In this document: piece after piece, positions 18,056 to 26,518 of the stretch
How positions within the stretch are numbered: the first letter of the stretch is position 1
How the letters are laid out: every line of letters begins with the position of its first letter
Assembly: GCA_964437615.1 (NCBI GenBank)
Contig: CAYTHL010000001.1
Coordinates: 11,081-75,080, forward strand
DNA length: 64,000 bases
Reading direction: 5' to 3'
From: an uncultured Lachnospiraceae bacterium
Lineage (GTDB): Bacteria; Bacillota; Clostridia; Christensenellales; UBA1242
The notes under the pieces: model-generated
Seen by the model: the letters and a program-made list of their open reading frames with translations, nothing else
Databases searched by the model: none
Told to the model about the DNA's origin: nothing
Made by a program: the position numbers and the translations under genes

Positions 18056-20839
18056 TTACTCAAATTCAAATGGGGGGGTAGGGTTTATTTGGTCTGGAGT
18101 TTTTGTAATATATTTGTCAATTACTTTGTTAGATGATTGCATGTTATATAGATATGTATCAAAAACGTCTTTTTGGCTGGTATATCTGTCGTATACTTTA
18201 ATTTGCAATTTATCTATTAACTCTTTGTCTATTTTAGATGGTCTAAAAAGTACATTTGTAGGGGTTTCTATATAATAACCATCATTGTTATAGCCATATG
18301 CTTTTATAAGATCCATAAATGGACTTACAACGCCTCTAAGGTTATTTTCTAAATCTATAAGCTGACTAGTTTTTAGGTCGTCAGAGTTCATATATAAAAT
18401 AAAGTCGTTTATTACGGTTGCCGATATTGCCATATCTACTGTGCCTAAAGGGTAAGACAAAAATTTGCATAATCTATTCATATCTATAAAGTCTGTAATT
18501 TTGTATGGTTTGTCTATTATGCCAAACTTTGGCAAATTAGCAGTAGTTTCTTCTAATGCTGCTGTTGCCAAAGAAGCAATAATTTTGCTGGTTGCGCCAA
18601 AAAGGCTGTCTAAGGATATAATATTTAAATTTTTTATTGCTTTTTCCTTATCTTGGTTTCTACTATTAGCAAAATCTGCAAATCCAATAATCTCTAACGA
18701 TCTTTGATCAAGATTACTAAACAAATAATTTTTAATTTTTACAATGTCAGTTATAGAATAGTTAATATGGGCAACTTTTCTTGCAAAACCTACTGTATCG
18801 CCGCGTTTAATGTATTCAACAAGTTTATTATAATCGGCGTAGAAATTAGCCAAGTCGTTAACATATTTTTTATTTTGCGCTAGTATAATATTTAGATCTT
18901 TTATAATAGGTAGTTCTTTTACATCACTAAATATTGTCAAAATTTCACTAAAATCGTTAATTAATCTTACAAATTCGTTACAACCCTTACTTTCAAGGCC
19001 ATTTTGCTTTATCTTTTCAAGCTTATTTACAAGTTGTTTAGCATCAATTTTTCGTATAAATCTAATTTCTTGTTTATCTCCTTTGGCTTCGTCTTCTTCT
19101 ATAAAATAACGCAATTGCCCCGGATATATGGTTGCAATTTCAATTAGGGTTTCATCGTCAGCTTTTTGTGCCTCTTCGGCGGCGCGCTTTGCTTCTTCTT
19201 CGGCATTTTGCTGGGCATTTTGGTTTTCCTCTTTTATAATATTAGCAAGCGTTACAGATAAATTATCGTTAGCTGCGCCGTTTGCAACCATAGCGGTGTT
19301 TGGTGCATTTTGACTATCTGTTTTGCTAGCGTTTGCTGCACGCTCTTTTTCTAGTTCGGCAGCAAACTCAGTCTCAAATTCGGCTTCCTTTTTAGCCTTA
19401 TCTTCGGCTTCTTGCTTTACAAGTTTGGCAAATTCGGCTTCTTCTTCTGGCGTAAAGGTTGCATTATAGGCGCTAGCTTCGTCTTTTACAACTCGGTCGT
19501 CTGCAAGTTTAGCATTTAAGTTTTGCATAATTTCATCAAATTCGGCTTTTTCTGAAGTAGATAGATTTCTGTATAACGACTGCGCCTTACTATAATTGCC
19601 TTTGGCAAACTTATTTGGGTCTATTTTTTTTGGGGTATTGCGCTGAACTCCTTTTTTCTTCTCTTGAGGAGGTGTGGCAGGGCCAGAAATTCCGCCATTA
19701 GAGCTATTATTAGCCAGCGTGCTGCCAGTGTTTTTAAGCAAAAATTCTAGTTTGTTTATTTTTTTGCCATTTTTAATTGTTGCGAGGTCTTCGCAAGAAA
19801 GGGTTGCAAATAGACAGTTAAGCACCCTTGGGTCGCTGTAAAGAATATTAAAGTCGGTTAAACACTCTAGCGCGTTCTCTGCGCCCAAGTTGTCCACCAA
19901 AACTATTTTAAGAGCAGCAATTTTTTGCGAATCTATTTTGTCTATCTGGGTAAATTTGTCTATGTCGCTAAGCTTGCTGACCATGTTATTTACATAGCTT
20001 GCAGATACTTTTAGTTTGTAAGTTTTTACTAAATCGTTTAAGTGCGCCGTAAGATTTTTTTCAAAATTCTTTATATTTTCTGGGTTACAAAGCAGTATAG
20101 ACGGAGAAATTGCCACGCGCGCAACCAAATCTGCTCGGCTAAAAGGGCTAGGAGTAAATCTGCTATATAAATATTCTATATTGTCTAGCAGCTTTAGCGG
20201 ATTGGCCTTAACTAAGCCCTTACATCTTCTAATCATACTTACTGGCTCTGCAATATAACTTTTTGTTTGTCTGTCCCACGAAAATTCGCTTAAAACATCT
20301 AATACATCTTGCAATTTTTGGCTGCTAATTCCGTAAGCCAAGGTTGCGCAATCTTCAAAAAGACTATCTATCTCTTCGGCTTTAAACAAGGTAGAGGTTT
20401 TGCCGTTAATTTGGTATTCGGTTTGGGTTAAATCTGCCACCGCCTGCTTAAACTTTAGCGGGCTAGATTGTGTAAAGTTACTTTTAAGTGCAATAGAGTA
20501 TGGGGTTACGCCCAAAGCGCGCGCTTCGTCTAGTAGGGCAAAAAATCTTTCTTTTGTAGCATCAGTTGCTTCTACAAAACAATCATAAGTGCTAAGGATT
20601 GCTCTTTTTGCAAGCTTTTGACGCCTTTCTTTTTCCATGCCCGGAATATCGTAGCCAGCAAACCTTTTGTAAATATCTATTAAGCCCAAGGCCAACTCCT
20701 CGTTGCCTGTGGCGTAAATGTTGTCTATTACCTTTTTAAGCTCTTTTTCTGTCAGCCAAAAATTTTTCTTTAAAATTTTGGTAATTTCGGCTCCAATATC
20801 CAGCATGTCTTTACTTGGATTGATTTTAATATTTTCCAT
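18056..20839 (-). CDS. large hypothetical cytoplasmic protein (927 aa): helical-repeat N-terminus, acidic/Ala/Lys coiled-coil middle, unknown C-terminal domain
   Basis: Uninterrupted 2.8-kb ORF with no signal peptide or TM segment. aa ~385-575 (19117-19687) are low complexity (EEEAEFAKLVKQEAEDKAKKEAEFETEFAAELEKERAA...AEEEAKRAAEEAQKADDE). I recognise no catalytic motif. Confidence 0.7.
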   Translation of the reverse strand: MENIKINPSKDMLDIGAEITKILKKNFWLTEKELKKVIDNIYATGNEELALGLIDIYKRFAGYDIPGMEKERRQKLAKRAILSTYDCFVEATDATKERFFALLDEARALGVTPYSIALKSNFTQSSPLKFKQAVADLTQTEYQINGKTSTLFKAEEIDSLFEDCATLAYGISSQKLQDVLDVLSEFSWDRQTKSYIAEPVSMIRRCKGLVKANPLKLLDNIEYLYSRFTPSPFSRADLVARVAISPSILLCNPENIKNFEKNLTAHLNDLVKTYKLKVSASYVNNMVSKLSDIDKFTQIDKIDSQKIAALKIVLVDNLGAENALECLTDFNILYSDPRVLNCLFATLSCEDLATIKNGKKINKLEFLLKNTGSTLANNSSNGGISGPATPPQEKKKGVQRNTPKKIDPNKFAKGNYSKAQSLYRNLSTSEKAEFDEIMQNLNAKLADDRVVKDEASAYNATFTPEEEAEFAKLVKQEAEDKAKKEAEFETEFAAELEKERAANASKTDSQNAPNTAMVANGAANDNLSVTLANIIKEENQNAQQNAEEEAKRAAEEAQKADDETLIEIATIYPGQLRYFIEEDEAKGDKQEIRFIRKIDAKQLVNKLEKIKQNGLESKGCNEFVRLINDFSEILTIFSDVKELPIIKDLNIILAQNKKYVNDLANFYADYNKLVEYIKRGDTVGFARKVAHINYSITDIVKIKNYLFSNLDQRSLEIIGFADFANSRNQDKEKAIKNLNIISLDSLFGATSKIIASLATAALEETTANLPKFGIIDKPYKITDFIDMNRLCKFLSYPLGTVDMAISATVINDFILYMNSDDLKTSQLIDLENNLRGVVSPFMDLIKAYGYNNDGYYIETPTNVLFRPSKIDKELIDKLQIKVYDRYTSQKDVFDTYLYNMQSSNKVIDKYITKTPDQINPTPPFEFE

Positions 20840-20973
20840 TTGTTTTTCCTTTTGCCTTTTTTAAATATATCTTATTTAACTGAATTAGTTTATACTATAA
20901 ATAGTTTTTTGTCAATACCCAAATTACTGCTAAAATACAATTTTGTTGGCTTTATATTTTTTGCAAAATAAAA

Positions 20974-20992
20974 CCCCCACGGTGCGTGGGGG
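20974..20992 (-). terminator. intrinsic terminator of the protease gene
   Basis: CCCCCACG-GTG-CGTGGGGG. On the minus strand it is followed by TTTTATTTT. Confidence 0.7.
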
Positions 20993-21000
20993 AAAGTTAA

Positions 21001-22491
21001 TTATAAAGCATTTATGTCGTCAGATTTTAATGTATAAGTTTGCGTTGTGCCAGAGTTGCCGGATGCGTCTGTGTAAGCAAAACTTATGCTGTCGCCAACA
21101 CGGCAAGTAAGCAAATATGTGTCAATTTGATAATCTCTTATAATAGTATGCTCGATTTCGTTTATAATTATGGCGTTAATAACATAGTTTTTAGCAAGGC
21201 CAAGGCTCTGGGCTATGCTGCCTCCAGTTACACTAACAATAGTTGCGTCTGCCTCTATTTGACCGCTACATGTTTCGGGATTGTATACATATTTACTGTT
21301 AGTTTCAGTTGTGGTTATGCCAATTGTTACCCCGCTAAGAGTACTTGCCTGACTGGTGGTAAGATAGTAATAAAGCAAATTATCTGCCGCTGCCACAACT
21401 TGGTCTATCGGCAGGGCAAAGTTTATATTTTGGTCTTCAGTGTGGCCGGCGTTAACAATGCCTATAAGTTCGCCATTACAGTTAAACAGTCCGCCGCCGC
21501 TGTTGCCACCATAAATAGCCGTGTCTATGCGCATAACGCGATAGTTGCGCTCGGTGCCGTCTATGTCGCTCAATTCAATAGTTTCGCTATCTACGCAAAC
21601 AATGCCTTTAGTGACACTAATTCCGCAGCCCTCGGGGTTTCCAACAGCTATAGCCGTTTCGCCAACACTGTAGCCAGTTGCAACCGTCACTGCCTTAGCC
21701 GAAGAGTTAATTGCCAAAATTTTGCTTGTTTCAACCTTTAATATAGCAATATCTTGGGTTATAGACCCGCCCACATATTCTAGTTCTATACCATAATCGC
21801 CGTAATCGTAAGTTGTAAAACCATCACTAGTTAATTTTGATGTTCTACATGGCTCATCTTCCGAGCCATACAAGTATCCGTAAATGGATAATGGCAATTT
21901 TGTGGCGTTATAAATGACATTTGCGTCATTATCATAGCAAACATGGTAGTTTGTAATTAGATATGTGTACCCATTTTGGGCGGTATCCATTTTGTATATA
22001 ACTGCCGCACCCGTATAAAATACATAGTCTGTTTTAGTTAGCTTGTTACTAGACGACGGATTTTCTACAAACTTTGTGTAAACTTTTAGCGTGCTGTTTA
22101 AAATATCGGCAACTACAGATGTGCTAGAATATTGTGCGGTGCCAGAAAAATAAAGGCTCAAAAATTCGGCATAAGTAAGTGTAGCGTCTGGATATTGCTC
22201 ATTGTAAGCTTCCCAAATTTCTGTTATTGTGGGGCTGGTGGCGTCAGCGCCGTCAGAGCCATTGGTTACAGTAAAAGTGGTGCTAGAACCGTCCGTAAAT
22301 TTGATTGTATAAACATCCACAAGCCCGCTAGAGCCAGTTTTTGTAATCGACTCCACGCTAACTGTGCTAAAAAGTGAGCAGCTGCTTAGCGCAAAACCGC
22401 AAGGTACTGCAACAATAACAACTAATAATACTAGCGCAACTAAACTCCAAAGTTTATTATTCTTTTTACTCATGCAATTATCCTCCGACAT
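21001..22491 (-). CDS. membrane- or lipid-anchored trypsin-like (S1 family) serine protease
   Basis: N-terminal anchor LWSLVALVLLVVIVAVPCGFALSSC. Catalytic triad contexts: TNYHVCYD (His), QDIAILKV (Asp), GGNSGGGLFN (Ser). C-terminal PDZ-like tail. Confidence 0.8.
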   Translation of the reverse strand: MSEDNCMSKKNNKLWSLVALVLLVVIVAVPCGFALSSCSLFSTVSVESITKTGSSGLVDVYTIKFTDGSSTTFTVTNGSDGADATSPTITEIWEAYNEQYPDATLTYAEFLSLYFSGTAQYSSTSVVADILNSTLKVYTKFVENPSSSNKLTKTDYVFYTGAAVIYKMDTAQNGYTYLITNYHVCYDNDANVIYNATKLPLSIYGYLYGSEDEPCRTSKLTSDGFTTYDYGDYGIELEYVGGSITQDIAILKVETSKILAINSSAKAVTVATGYSVGETAIAVGNPEGCGISVTKGIVCVDSETIELSDIDGTERNYRVMRIDTAIYGGNSGGGLFNCNGELIGIVNAGHTEDQNINFALPIDQVVAAADNLLYYYLTTSQASTLSGVTIGITTTETNSKYVYNPETCSGQIEADATIVSVTGGSIAQSLGLAKNYVINAIIINEIEHTIIRDYQIDTYLLTCRVGDSISFAYTDASGNSGTTQTYTLKSDDINAL

Positions 22492-22674
22492 TTGTATAGT
22501 ATTATTATAACCAAATATAAAAAGATTTTCAACTTATAAAGCGCTTATTTTAAAATTTTTTTAGTTGTTTTGCGTATGTCTGCTAAATTGCAATAAAAGA
22601 TAAATATATTGCATAAATACACAAAGTGATGAATATTTTTTACATAATTTTTAGCAAAAATTTTTAAAAAACAG

Positions 22675-22762
22675 TTGATTTTTTTGCCAAATTATCATAA
22701 AATACCTTGGTAAAAGTGAGTAGCTATATAAGCGTAAGTCCAACTTTGGGCTTACGCTTTTT
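22675..22762 (+). promoter_or_regulatory. sigma-A promoter plus terminator-like leader hairpin of MATE fusion gene 2
   Basis: TTGATT (22675-22680), 17 nt, TAAAAT (22698-22703). 12-bp hairpin AAGCGTAAGTCC/GGGCTTACGCTT (22730-22759) runs into T5. The identical 15-mer TGCAAAAAAAGGAGA follows at 22766-22780. Confidence 0.6.
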
Positions 22763-22784
22763 AGTTGCAAAAAAAGGAGATTTT

Positions 22785-24896
22785 ATGGCTAAAACAAAAC
22801 CAATATCAATGCCAAAAACTAACAAAATGGGCAGCGTGCCAATGAGCAAACTCATCTGGCAAATGGGCTTGCCAATGATAGTTTCTATGGTGCTGCAATC
22901 TATATATAATATTGTAGATACCATTTTTGTAATCAACATGGGACCTGACGGGGTAGCAGGCAACGCCGCAATTACCTGTGCCTTTCCTATTCAACTTCTA
23001 ATTATCGCCCTTGGCGTAGGCACTGGTGTGGGCATCAACGCACTGCTTAGCAAAAAACTTGGCGAAAAGGACAAAGACGGCGTTAGCCGCGTAGCCGGCA
23101 ATGGCATATTTTTGGGGCTTTGCATGTACATTATCTTTCTAATATTTGGACTTTTGGGCGCAAAATGGTTTATCGGCATGCAGTCGGCAGATAGCCAAGT
23201 TATAAACATGGGTACGCAGTATCTAACCATTTGCTGCACGCTATCTTTTGGAGCCATTGGCTACACCGTGTACGAAAGATTTTTGCAAGCAACTGGCAAG
23301 ACCATGCTTTCTACAATTTCGCAAATTGCGGGTGCCGCAACCAACATCTTGCTAGACTGGGTGTTTATTTATCCATGCAATATGGGCGTAGCCGGCGCAG
23401 CGTGGGCTACCATTATTGGTCAAATTGTGTCACTGCTTATGGCCATGATTTTTCACTATACTTTAAACAAAGAAATTAGTGGCAGACTAAAATACATTGC
23501 ACCAAAATGGGATGTTATTAAAGGCATATTTAAAATTGGAATCTCGGCTGCAATTATGCAAGGGCTTTTGGCTGTAATGATGTTTGGCATGAACCTAATA
23601 TTAAAGTACTCAGCGCTGCTATTTAACAGCTTTGGAATTTACTACAAAATTATGCAGCTTGCCTTGTTTGCCGCATTTGGCATATCCAATACAATAATCT
23701 CTGTGCTGTCGTTTAACTACGGCATGCAAAACAAAGAACGCTCTAAAAAATGCATATTTTGGGGCATTGTCGACTCGCTTATAGTGTCGGTTGTAATAAT
23801 AGTGCTGTTTCAGTGCTTGGCGTCGCCGCTTGCCCAGTTGTTTGGCATGGCAAGCACCGCCGACGCTGCAGTTTCGGCAGATGAAATACAGAAAGTTGTT
23901 GTAATTGCACTAAGAATATCTAGTATAAGTTACATATTTATGGCGGCAAGCGTGGCAATTCAAGGCGTGCTGCAAGCATTTAGATATTCTTGGCTGCCGC
24001 TAATTATTTCGCTGCTAAGGTTGTGCGTGCTTGTGCTGCCAATTGCATATTTGTTTACCAAAACTAGCAACCCAACCAACAACTTGTGGTGGACATTCTT
24101 GATAGTTGAAGCAATTACTGCCGCTGTATCCTTTGCATTTTTAAGGTACGCTTACAAGCGCAAAGTTTCAACAATGTCTGCAGCCGCAATTTGCGCAGGT
24201 AAGGGCTTAATTGTAACGCTTTCTCGTCAGCACGGCAGCAATGGTAAGCAAATAGGCAAACTTGTGGCAGAAAAATTAGGCCTAAGCTTTTACGATAAAG
24301 AAATCTTGGCGCAAGTTGCCAAAGATACTGGTCTAGCCGAAGAACATCTTAAAGATGTGGCAGACAAAGTTACTGGGTTTAACTCACTGTATCTCTCTAC
24401 TGCCACAAACCAACAAGCAATTATTGCCCAAGCCAAAGTTATTAGGCAAATTGCCGAGCAAGGCAACTGCCTAATTGTAGGCCGCGGCGCAGATTATATT
24501 TTAAAGGACTATCCAAATGTAATAAATGTATTTGTTTATGCCAGCCAAGATTACCGCGTGCAAACTCTAAACAAACTTTACGGCGATGACGAGGCCTCCG
24601 CAATTAAGCAAATTAAAAGGGCAGATACCGCACGCAGCGTCTACTACAACTTTATTTCGGGTAGCACTTGGGGAAAAGAGAGCAACTATCATCTATTTAT
24701 AGACGGCAGCAATGGTGCCGAGGCCACCGCCGACGCCATTGTAGAGTTTATAACTGCCGAAACTCAACAAAAACCTGCGGGTACTCAGGCCGATTCACAG
24801 CCAACCGACCAACAAGCCCAACACCAGTTAGCCAAGCTTGCACAAACCGTAGACCCCAAACTAGCCGTCGAACACACCGGTGATGACCACAAATAA
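22785..24896 (+). CDS. MATE-family efflux transporter fused to a C-terminal cytidylate-kinase-like domain (paralogue 2)
   Basis: Start moved to ATG 22785 (MAKTKPISMPK; AAGGAGA RBS). The track's TTG at 22707 would read through the leader hairpin. MATE N-terminus MSKLIWQMGLPMIVSMVLQSIYNIVDTIFV. C-terminal LIVTLSRQHGSNGKQIGKLVAEKLGLSFYDKEIL...IVGRGADYILKDYPNVINVFVYAS...ARSVYYNFISGSTWG, then a Gln/Thr/Pro-rich tail. Confidence 0.8.
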   Translation: MAKTKPISMPKTNKMGSVPMSKLIWQMGLPMIVSMVLQSIYNIVDTIFVINMGPDGVAGNAAITCAFPIQLLIIALGVGTGVGINALLSKKLGEKDKDGVSRVAGNGIFLGLCMYIIFLIFGLLGAKWFIGMQSADSQVINMGTQYLTICCTLSFGAIGYTVYERFLQATGKTMLSTISQIAGAATNILLDWVFIYPCNMGVAGAAWATIIGQIVSLLMAMIFHYTLNKEISGRLKYIAPKWDVIKGIFKIGISAAIMQGLLAVMMFGMNLILKYSALLFNSFGIYYKIMQLALFAAFGISNTIISVLSFNYGMQNKERSKKCIFWGIVDSLIVSVVIIVLFQCLASPLAQLFGMASTADAAVSADEIQKVVVIALRISSISYIFMAASVAIQGVLQAFRYSWLPLIISLLRLCVLVLPIAYLFTKTSNPTNNLWWTFLIVEAITAAVSFAFLRYAYKRKVSTMSAAAICAGKGLIVTLSRQHGSNGKQIGKLVAEKLGLSFYDKEILAQVAKDTGLAEEHLKDVADKVTGFNSLYLSTATNQQAIIAQAKVIRQIAEQGNCLIVGRGADYILKDYPNVINVFVYASQDYRVQTLNKLYGDDEASAIKQIKRADTARSVYYNFISGSTWGKESNYHLFIDGSNGAEATADAIVEFITAETQQKPAGTQADSQPTDQQAQHQLAKLAQTVDPKLAVEHTGDDHK

Positions 24897-24922
24897 TGTA
24901 GATAAAAATAGCTATTTAAAAA

Positions 24923-24951
24923 ATTACTCCCTATTAGGGAGTAATTTTTTT
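24923..24951 (+). terminator. intrinsic terminator of MATE fusion gene 2
   Basis: ATTACTCCC-TATTA-GGGAGTAAT plus T7. Confidence 0.75.
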
Positions 24952-25119
24952 GTAGTGCCTTAATTTTACCATATTGCTGTAACTTCAATAACTACTAACT
25001 AAAAGGTAGCGCTTTAAAAAACCTACCTTTTAAACCTAATTTAACTTACTATATAATTTGTTGCAACATAAAACAAATTTATTTACAACAAAAAATTACA
25101 AAAATTTTTAGAATAGGTC

Positions 25120-25148
25120 TTGAAAACCTAATAGTTGTGTGTTACAAT
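25120..25148 (+). promoter_or_regulatory. sigma-A promoter of the 391-aa ORF
   Basis: TTGAAA (25120-25125), 17 nt, TACAAT (25143-25148) preceded by TGT. Confidence 0.55.
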
Positions 25149-25168
25149 GCCTATAGAGAGGGAAAACC

Positions 25169-26344
25169 ATGGCAGACGAAAAGAAACCCAAACCAGACAA
25201 ACAAAATTTATCCGCCACAAGCGCAAAAGAACAATCTAAAGTGATTCCAATTAGGCTGCCTAGCAACTTGGACGCTAAAAGCAAACAAACCAAACTTGGC
25301 CGCAAATGCAGTGTTGTAGACACCGATTATTCTTCTAGTAGAGAGGTTCTTTCGCATCTAAACCATATGCTTTTGCTGCGAGATTCAAATGCCTATGCAA
25401 TGATTACAGATTACGGCAGCTATAAGGGCGAGTACAAAGGAGTACCATTTAAACTATTTCATAAGCCGAATAAAAGTTGCATTTTACAAATTGGCTTTAT
25501 GCCATATTTTAAAGAGGATTTTGATTTAACAAACGAACTTGTTAGGGCAATAACTCCGCTTATGTTTAAGCCAAACCCAAATAGCAAGGCAGATTTTGCT
25601 GCTGCTGCGCCACTTTTGTATGTAGAAATAGACGAACATCCAACTTATGATGACGATGACCAATATTCAGTTGCCTACATTTGGGATATCTATAACCCAG
25701 AGTGCACAGTTAGGGAATACTGCTTTAAGTATATTAACAGCCTAGACGATGTATTAAATGTCAAAATTTTGCAACCATTTTACAATAATAAAGATTATTT
25801 TAACGATTATAACTATTTGTACGGCATGGTGGAGTTTTACTTTTCTCCCGAGTTTGTAAATTATGCTCAAACAAACATGACTCAATCTGAACTGTTTTGG
25901 CATATAATAAGATTTTCAGAGTGGAAAGAGCAAGTTGACGAAATTGCTAACAAATATAGGCTAATTTGGTCGGATAGTGCAGACGCAGTTACAGCCGAAA
26001 ATACTCAAAATATGATAAATCACTGCTTGGCATGGCTTTGGCAGCAAACAGAAAAATTTGGTATGAACTGCCACTACCCAGAAATTAACAAAATACCTAG
26101 TCTAACAAAAAGCCAACGGCAATGGTACAAAAGTATGAATGATTTGGCAGTTAAACAACTTACTAGGCTTGGTAAAGGTGTTGGGCTAGATTATGCTAAC
26201 CTAGACGGCGAAAACAATAAACTTGTGCGCAATGGTAAACCTGCTGCAAACCTAACGGCGCAAGAAAAGCAAATAAAGACCTTTAAACAATTTTTAGACT
26301 ACATGGAACAAGCCCGTTTAGAAGCTCAATTTAGTAAAGAATAA
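25169..26344 (+). CDS. hypothetical protein (391 aa; Lys-rich disordered N-terminus, Tyr/Asn/Trp-rich body)
   Basis: ORF with GAGAGGGA RBS, its own promoter and a terminator at 26370-26391. No TM segment and no recognised motif. Confidence 0.65.
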   Translation: MADEKKPKPDKQNLSATSAKEQSKVIPIRLPSNLDAKSKQTKLGRKCSVVDTDYSSSREVLSHLNHMLLLRDSNAYAMITDYGSYKGEYKGVPFKLFHKPNKSCILQIGFMPYFKEDFDLTNELVRAITPLMFKPNPNSKADFAAAAPLLYVEIDEHPTYDDDDQYSVAYIWDIYNPECTVREYCFKYINSLDDVLNVKILQPFYNNKDYFNDYNYLYGMVEFYFSPEFVNYAQTNMTQSELFWHIIRFSEWKEQVDEIANKYRLIWSDSADAVTAENTQNMINHCLAWLWQQTEKFGMNCHYPEINKIPSLTKSQRQWYKSMNDLAVKQLTRLGKGVGLDYANLDGENNKLVRNGKPAANLTAQEKQIKTFKQFLDYMEQARLEAQFSKE

Positions 26345-26369
26345 ATGGCACCGCAAAAAATAACTATTG

Positions 26370-26391
26370 GCCCATGACGACATGGGCTTTT
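26370..26391 (+). terminator. intrinsic terminator
   Basis: GCCCATG-ACGA-CATGGGC plus TTTT. Confidence 0.6.
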
Positions 26392-26518
26392 ATGTTACAT
26401 AAACTAATACTTATACTTACATTGCGCATCTGCAAAGCTTAATTAACGTAGTTATAATTTTTGTTTAGCATATTGCAAAATTTATCCACATACCTTTTTA
26501 GGGTAGGGAGATTTTGCA

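Noticed and set aside
19117-19687. Glu/Ala/Lys-rich stretch of the 927-aa ORF considered as a tandem DNA repeat or a collagen/surface-repeat region.
   Set aside because: I could trace no exact nucleotide periodicity. It reads as compositionally biased coiled coil inside one continuous ORF, and the protein has no export signal.
21040-21741. Long antisense ORFs inside real genes. Examples are 21040-21741 opposite the protease, 53313-55179 opposite nifJ, 11043-11465 and 12095-12490 opposite the ABC ATPases, and 43600-44040 opposite valS.
   Set aside because: These are shadow ORFs on the opposite strand of genes with unambiguous conserved motifs. They lack RBSs and have biased, low-information composition.
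26492-26500. Perfect DnaA box TTATCCACA upstream of the M1 peptidase gene.
   Set aside because: It is a single isolated 9-mer. About 0.5 occurrences are expected by chance over both strands of 64 kb. There is no cluster of boxes, AT-rich unwinding element, or dnaA/dnaN nearby.
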